Source: Chiloscyllium plagiosum
Lineage: Eukaryota
NCBI RefSeq assembly: GCF_004010195.1
Contig: NC_057719.1
Coordinates: 28,005,072 to 28,062,362, forward strand
Direction: 5' to 3'
Length of the DNA: 57,291 nucleotides
The notes beneath the pieces were generated by a model, which ran no database searches, was not told where the DNA came from, and was given only the letters and a program-made list of their open reading frames with translations. This document shows, in pieces, positions 50,442 to 57,291 of the stretch. Within the stretch, counting starts at the first letter, position 1, and each line of letters opens with the position of its first letter. The position numbers and the translations under genes are program-made.

Positions 50442-50948
50442 AACTTGAAAGGGTTCAGAAAAGATTTACAAGGATGTTGCCAGGGTTGGAGGATTTGAGC
50501 TACAGGGAGAGGTTGAACAGGCTGGGGTTGCTTTCCCTGGAGTGTCGGAGGCTGAGGGGTGACGTTATAGAGGTTTACAAAATTTTGAGGGGCATGGATT
50601 GGATAAATAGGCAAAGTCTTTTCCCTGGGGTCGGGGAGTCCAGAAGTTGAGGGCATAGGTTTAGGGTGAGAGGGGAAAGATATAAAAGAGACCTAAGGGG
50701 CAACTTTTTCATGCAGAGGGTGGTACTAATATGGAATGAGCTGCCAGAGGATGTGGTGGAGGCTGGTACAATTGCAACATTTAAGAGGCATTTGAATGGG
50801 TATATGAATAGGAAGGGTTTGGAGGGATATGGGCCGGGTGCTGGCAGGTGGGACTAGATTGGGTTGGGATATCTGGTCAGCATGGACAGATTGGACCGAA
50901 GGGTCTGTTTCCATGCTGTACATCTCTATAACTCTATGACTCTATGAC
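50442..50948 (+). mobile_element. Young CR1 3' fragment
   Basis: LERVQKRFTRMLPGLEDLSYRERLNRLGL..FMQRVVLIWNELP; (ACTCTATG)n tail. Confidence 0.92.
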
Positions 50949-52329
50949 AATGGGAAGAGGCTAGTGACATAGTTGTTACATTCATTCGAATTTTCCAAAA
51001 TTCCCTACATTTGGGGAAGCTTCTATTAAATTGGGGGATAGAAAATGTAACTCCTTTATTCAAAAAGGGAGAGAAGCACAAATCATTTTCTTGGCATTCA
51101 TTGAAGTAGTAACATGTGGTGTGAATAAAGGGGATTTAGATTTCCGGGAGACACTTGGTAAAGTGCCATGTTAAAGCTTACTGCAGAAAATAAAAGCTCA
51201 TGATTCATCGGGTATCATATTGACTTAGATCGAAGATTAGGTGGCTAACAGGAAACCAAGAGTAGGCATAAATGAATCTTCTTCTGTTTGACAAGATGTA
51301 CGAGTGGTGTACCACAGGGATCAGTACTGAGGCTCAAATTCAACAGTTTATATAAATACCTTGGACCAAGGTACAGTTGTTGCTAATACAAAGATACGCT
51401 TGAAAGTAAGTTGTGATGAGGATAACAGAGGCTACAACATGATTCAAGGATGCATTAAATGAGTATGCAGAGATGGCAAATTAACTAAATGAGATTGCAG
51501 AGAGTTCTTAGATGCAGAGGAATCTGGAGGCCCTAGTACATTATTCGCAAAAGACTAGTAAGCAGGTACAGCAATTAATTAGAAAAGCTAATAGAATGTT
51601 ATCATTTATAGTGATGAAAATTGAATACAACTGTTGGGCAGATACAGAGTGCCATTGAGACCACATCTAGAGTACCACTTACAGTGTTAGTCTCCTTATT
51701 TGGGGAATGATGTAAATACATTGGAAGCCATTCGGGTAAAGTTTACAGACCTAATACCTGAGTTGTTATACGAAGAAAGGTTGCAGAGGCTGAACTGGTA
51801 TCTGCTAGAGTTTGGACTAAGAGATGATGTAATTGAGAAGTATAAGATCCAGAAGGGCTCGATTGCTTGGATGTGGAAAGGATGTTTTCACTTGGGGGAG
51901 AATCTAGAAATAAGGGTCACCATTTAAAAATAAAGGGTCACTCAGTCAAGACAGAAATGGGGAATAACATTTTCTCACTAAGTTGTAAGACTTTGGAACT
52001 TTCTTCCTTAAAAGTCAATGTCCTTGAATATTTTTGAGAAGAAAAGGAGTGAAAAGTTAACAGGAATAGGTAGGAATATGGAAGGGGGTGGTGATGGTGA
52101 GGTTACAAGCAGATCAGCCATGATCTTATTAAAAGGTGGCGCAGGCTTGGAGGATGCAATGGCCTCCTCGTCCTAACTTGACTGTTTAGATGTTGACTTC
52201 ATTCTGTTGCAGATGAATCTGCATTAGCAAGAGTGACCACCACACAATACTTGTGGAGAAAAAGTCCTGTCTTTGAGTTGTGGATTCTCTCCATCGTGGA
52301 GCACCATACTGAATGTAATAGATTTCAAA

Positions 52330-55300
52330 GAGAACGAGAAACTCAAGTCTGTGTAACCATGTGACACTGTGGGCCATCAGCAGCAAACATTTGTTTTCAA
52401 TCCATGGCCCAGCATGTCCCTCACTTAACCATTACCATCAAGCCAGGGGATCAATCCTGTTTCTATGGCGAGTGCAGGAGGGCATGCCAGGAGCAGCACC
52501 AGGCATACCTAAAAACAGAGGTGTCAACCTGGTGAAGCACCAAACCAGATTAATTGTATGTCAAACAGTGGAAGCCGCATGCAACAGACAGAACTAAGTG
52601 AATTCATCCCAACATATCAGATCTAAGCTCTGCAGTTCTAAAATTGTCAGTCATCAGTGGTGATGGACAATTCAACAACTCAGTAAAGGAGGAGGATCCA
52701 CAAATATCACCATTCCCAATGATGGGAGAGCCCAGCACATCAGTGCAAAAGGTAAGGCACTTGCAATAGTCTTCAGTCAGAAGTACTGAGTGGATGATTC
52801 ATCTTGGCCTCAGTGAGAGATCCCTAGTATCACAATTACCAGCTTCCAATCAATCCAATTCACTCGATACTGTAAAGCACTGGATACTGCAAAGGCTATG
52901 TGCCTTGACAACAACACTACTGAAGACTTGTGCTCCAGAACTAGCTGCCCTAGTGAAGCTTTTCCATTACAACTACAACATTGGCATTTACCTGACAATG
53001 TGGAAAATTGCTCAGATATGTCTTCTACACAAAAGCAGAACAAATTTAATCCAACTAATTACTGCCCCAGTCTACTCTGGATCACCTGCAAAGTTATCAC
53101 AGAAGTAGAGAATTGCTATTGCAAAGGAGGAGTCCATTTGCCCTAGCTCTTTATCTTGTGTCAATCTTCTGTCTTTTCCCTACATCCCTACCATTACTAT
53201 TCAAAACAAAAGATCCTCTTGATTGCCTCCACTAAATCTGACTCCATCACATTTCCAGGTATTGCATTCCATATCCGAAACATTCGTCATTTGGAAAAGA
53301 TTTTTCTCACATCAGCCTAGCTTTGTTTGCACATCACTTTAAGCCTACATCCTCTTGTTCTTGTTTCTTTTACGATTGGTAATGAGTGGGTTACAAATGG
53401 CTTCACACACATGATACTGATATCAAGCAGATCTCCTCTCAGTTTTCTTCTCTTCAGGGAGAGCAGTTCAACTTCTTCAATCTATCCCCTTGGCTGAAGT
53501 TTCTCAGACCAGAAACCATTCGAGGAAGTCACTTTTGCATTCTCTCCAATGCATTCATGTCTGTCCTACAACGTGACATCCACAACTGCATGCAATACTC
53601 CAGCTGTGGTCTCACAAGTGTCTTGTATTAGTTCAGCATCACCTCCTTGTTCTTGTACTCTATGCCCCGTTAATAAAGTGGATAACACTGCATGCCTTTC
53701 TTACTGCTCTGTTCACCTGTCCCGTCACCATCAATGATCTGTGCATATATTCTCTCATATCCTTCTGCTCCTGCACCCCCTTTAAAACATTACCCCAATT
53801 TTATGTTGCTTTTCACTGTTATGACCAAAGTGTATCACCTCACACACTTTTCTGCATTGAACCTTATCTGCCTCCTATCTACCCACATCACCAACCTATC
53901 AATGTCCTTACAGAGTTCCACACTATTCTCTTCACTGTTCTTTTAGTGTCATCTGCAAACTTGGAAATTTTCTTCTGCATATCAAGATCTAGATCGTTAA
54001 TACATATCAGGATGATGTAAGGTGTCATCAACAGTGCAATCAAGAAAGAACACAAGCAAATCCGTTTGATATTCAATAGCACTACAGTCACTGGGTCCCC
54101 CATGATCAACATCCAGAAGGTTACTGAATTAGCTCCACAGAAGCAGGTACCTGTCAGTAAGATACCATTTATTTACACATGAACAGTCTTTGACTATAGT
54201 ACTACCTCAATCAGAGTCAGGGACCAGAGATTCACTATCTCATTTATTGCACCAATCAGGGAACTCATTCTGTGAGGTCCAGCTGGCTGACCTCATTACA
54301 ATCACCACAGTTACCATTGACCAGGAACTAAACTGGGGCCATACAACTGGAGCTATATGAGCAGGTCAGAGGCTGGGGATTCTGCAGAAGGTAATTCACT
54401 CCCCGTCTCCCCAGACCATCTACAAAGCACAAATCAATGATGTGATGATATACTTCCCACCTGTCTGGATGAATGCAGCTGCAACAAAATTCAAGAAGTT
54501 TGACAACATCCAGGTTAAGCAGCTTGCTCGATTGGCACCCCATCCACCACCTTCAATATTCAATCCTTTCATCATATCTGCTCAGTGGCAGCAGTGTGTA
54601 CCATTTGCAAGGTGTGCTGCAATAGCTCACCCAGACTCCTCCGACAGCCACTTTGAAACCCACGACCACTATCATTAAAAGGACAAAGGTCAGCAGATAT
54701 ATGGGAATACAACCATCTGCCAATTCTGCTCCAAGTTGCTCACCATCCTGACTTGTAAACATATGAAATGCCTTCAGTGTCACTGGGTCAATATTATGGA
54801 ACCCCCCCTTCCTAACCACACTGTGGCTGTACTTACACCCCAAGGACTGCAACTCTTCAAGAAGGCAACATGCCATCAACTACTAAGGCCAGTTATGGAT
54901 GTGTAATTAATTCCAGCTTGACCAGCAATATTCACATTCAAGGAATGATTAAAAAAAACTGCCAGATCATGACCAGCCAAAGTTGGAGGGAACCTAACCA
55001 TCCCCCCACCCCTTTATATACAACTGCAGAATTCCCTGTTGTCAACATCTTGAAAGTTACCACTGATCAGAAACTTAACTAACCAGTGATAAAAACATTG
55101 TGGTTGCAGGACCAAGTCAGAGGCTGGCAATTCTGCAGTTATCACACTTTTCAACTCCCTGGAGCCTGTCCAAGGTACCAGTCAGGAGTGGAATGGAATA
55201 CTCTGATTGCCTGGATTAGTGCAACTCTAACAATGTTCAAGAAGCCATCCAGGGGAAAGCACACCCTCAGACATTTGCTCTGTCCTTCACTGGTACACTA

Positions 55301-55610
55301 TAAAAGGCAATGCGCCACTAAAAAAGGCAATGCAGCAACTTGCAAAGCAGTGACCTCTACCACTGAGAAAGACAAGGGCAGCAGCTACATGAGAACACCA
55401 CCACTTGCAAGCTCTCCTCAAAGTCACCTGACTTGGAACTATATTATCATTCCCTCATTACCTTGGGATCAAAACCCTGGAATCCCTTCCTAGCTACACT
55501 GTGGATGTTCCCACACTATTTGGACTTCAATGGTTTAAGCCGGCACAAGCACAATGAAGGATAGGTAACAAATGCAGGCCTTGCCAGCGATGCTTAAGTC
55601 ACAAGAACAA
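52330..55610. mobile_element. Mosaic of old LINE fragments (plus-strand CR1/L2-group pieces; minus-strand CR1 at ~53160-54020)
   Basis: LKTCAPELAALVKLFHYNYNIGIYLTMWKIAQI (52794-53108); minus-strand [21 protein letters not shown]; two repeated 3' units at 54310-54950 and 55030-55610. Confidence 0.7.
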
Positions 55611-56344
55611 TTTTTTTTAAAAACCCCGGATATCTAAACAAGTTATGATCTGGACAAGTAAGGGTAAGTTTCTCAGATGTTAGCTCATTTTTGAAGCTAA
55701 AATGGAAGTCTTAATAGAGCGTGTTGCAACATGGTTCCTCGGAACCAGATCTGCTCAACCTCAGAGCATCAACAGATGATTCATGGAAGAGGGTTGGATT
55801 TTATACACTCTGTAGATACAACATTATCTTCTTGACCTATCTAAAGGAAATGCGCTGTCAGTGATGTTTGCGATGTACCAGGTTTGACCCACAGTGATAA
55901 CAGTTTATCTCTGATATAACTGCCACCACGCCAGGGCAACACTTCTGTGCAGCTTCGGTGGCTCGATCTTTTCACTTCCTTTTTGGCTTATCTCATTACT
56001 ATCGCTACAATCCAAAAACATGCTTTGTCAAATCTCAATGTACTAACTGTAACAGCAAATCAAAGTTGGAAATACTTAAGAAATTGAAGTAAAAATAAAT
56101 ACACGAAGCAGATGTGAAAAACCCCATTATTTATGACCTGAGGAGACAAGAGACACAGCTGAGGGTCCCAACAGATAGGCTGGGTGAGAAAATGAAAACT
56201 AGAGGCAACAATTCTGGTATATATACACAAGTTAAATTTTCCACTTTTCTCAAATGATACCAAAGCATTTAAATATTAAAGATAGCAATTAAGGTACAAA
56301 ATAAACACAGAATTCAGGTTTAAATGGCACTCCCTGTCCCACCA

Positions 56345-57291
56345 GCTTGAGCTCAGCAGGGGGATGGGAACCTGTGGTGTGGTTGCAGTGCACAAGAGGA
56401 TGTGAGTAGGGAGGGCATGGACAGGATTTCATGGTCACAGGAGTGTGATTGCAGACAGCAAGTTGGTTTGAAGTGTGTCTACTTCAACACCAGGAGTATC
56501 TGGAATAAGGTAGGTGAGCTTGCAGCATGGATAGATAGCTGGGACTTCGATGTTGTGGCCATTTTGGAGACATGGATAGAGCAGGGTCAGGAATGGATGA
56601 TGCAGGTTCCAGGGTTTAGATCTTTCATTAAGATCAGGGAAGGTGGTAAAAGAGGGGAAGGTGTGGCCTTGTTAGTCAAGGACATTATAATGGCGGCTGA
56701 AAGAACTTTTGACAAGGAGTCGTCTACTGAGGTGGTATGGGCTGAGGTGAGAAACAGGAGAGGAGTGGCCACACTGCTGGGAGGTTTTTTTAATAGGCCT
56801 CCGCAGAGTTCCAGGGATGTGGAGGAGAGGATTGGCTTGAAGTGTGTATACTTCAATGCAAGAAGTATACGAAATAAGGTAGATGAACTTGCAGCGTGGG
56901 TTGGTACCTGGGATTTCGATGTTGTGGCTATTACCGAGACATGGGTAGAACAGGGACAGGATTGGCTGTTGCAGGTTCCAGGGTTTAAATGTTTTAGTAG
57001 GGTCAGAGGTGGGGGTAAAAGAGGGGGAGGTGTGGCATTGCTTGTCAAAGATAGTATTACAGCGGTGGAAAGGACAATGGATGAAGACTCGCCATCTGAG
57101 GTAGTTTGGGCTGAGGTGAGGAATAGGAAAGGTGAGCTCACCCTGTTAGGAATTTTTTACAGGCCTCCTAATAGTCCTAGAAACGTAGAAGAAAGGATTG
57201 CGAGGATGATTCAAGAGAAGAGTGAAAGTAATAGGGTGGTTGTTAAGGGGGACTTTAACTTTCCTGATATTGATTAGGAAAGCTATAGCTC
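56345..57291 (+). mobile_element. CR1 LINE ORF2 5' region with two in-frame endonuclease N-terminal segments (runs off window)
   Basis: ORF 56402-57277 contains LKCVYFN.RSI.NKV..ETW..GGKRG.GVALLVKD..EVVWAEVRNR..RPP..VEERI twice, then GDFNFPDID. Confidence 0.9.

Larger units (their letters stand above)
49860..52185 (+). mobile_element. Old CR1 LINE remnant hosting nested SINE and CR1
   Basis: NKEMADKLNRYFA.IFT, NVTPLFKKG, SGVPQGSVL, LRPHLEY motifs; heavily decayed. Confidence 0.8.

Noticed and set aside
56587..57141. 184-aa ORF on the minus strand
   Set aside because: Antisense shadow of the CR1 endonuclease ORF.
41814..57291. Next upstream PKC exon (expected DWWALGV..PPFEA..L motif)
   Set aside because: Not found by eye in the sequence or ORF track; the intron apparently extends beyond the window.

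Overview
Repeat-rich vertebrate genomic DNA, almost certainly from a shark. This is inferred from HE1-type tRNA-derived SINEs, abundant CR1/HER1-type LINEs and SacSINE1-like elements; the species cannot be determined. The only host gene I can support is the last two coding exons and 3' UTR of a novel-class protein kinase C (epsilon/eta subfamily) on the minus strand (41813-41667 and 36991-36851). Its C-terminus looks intermediate between PKC-epsilon and PKC-eta and may represent a separate paralog. Most of the rest is transposon-derived: a near full-length decayed CR1 LINE, many CR1 3' fragments, Rex1/Babar and L2-like LINE remnants, SINEs, a solo LTR with a 4-bp target-site duplication (TSD), degenerate Harbinger (HARBI1 + Myb/SANT) relics, and many Penelope-like element (PLE) pieces. 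The most striking non-coding signal is about 10 minimal hammerhead-ribozyme motifs with covarying stem II, carried by short, often TSD-flanked PLE-derived insertions. Two of them lie in sense orientation in the PKC intron. Repeat boundaries are approximate unless a TSD is given; family names come from recalled motifs, not database searches.
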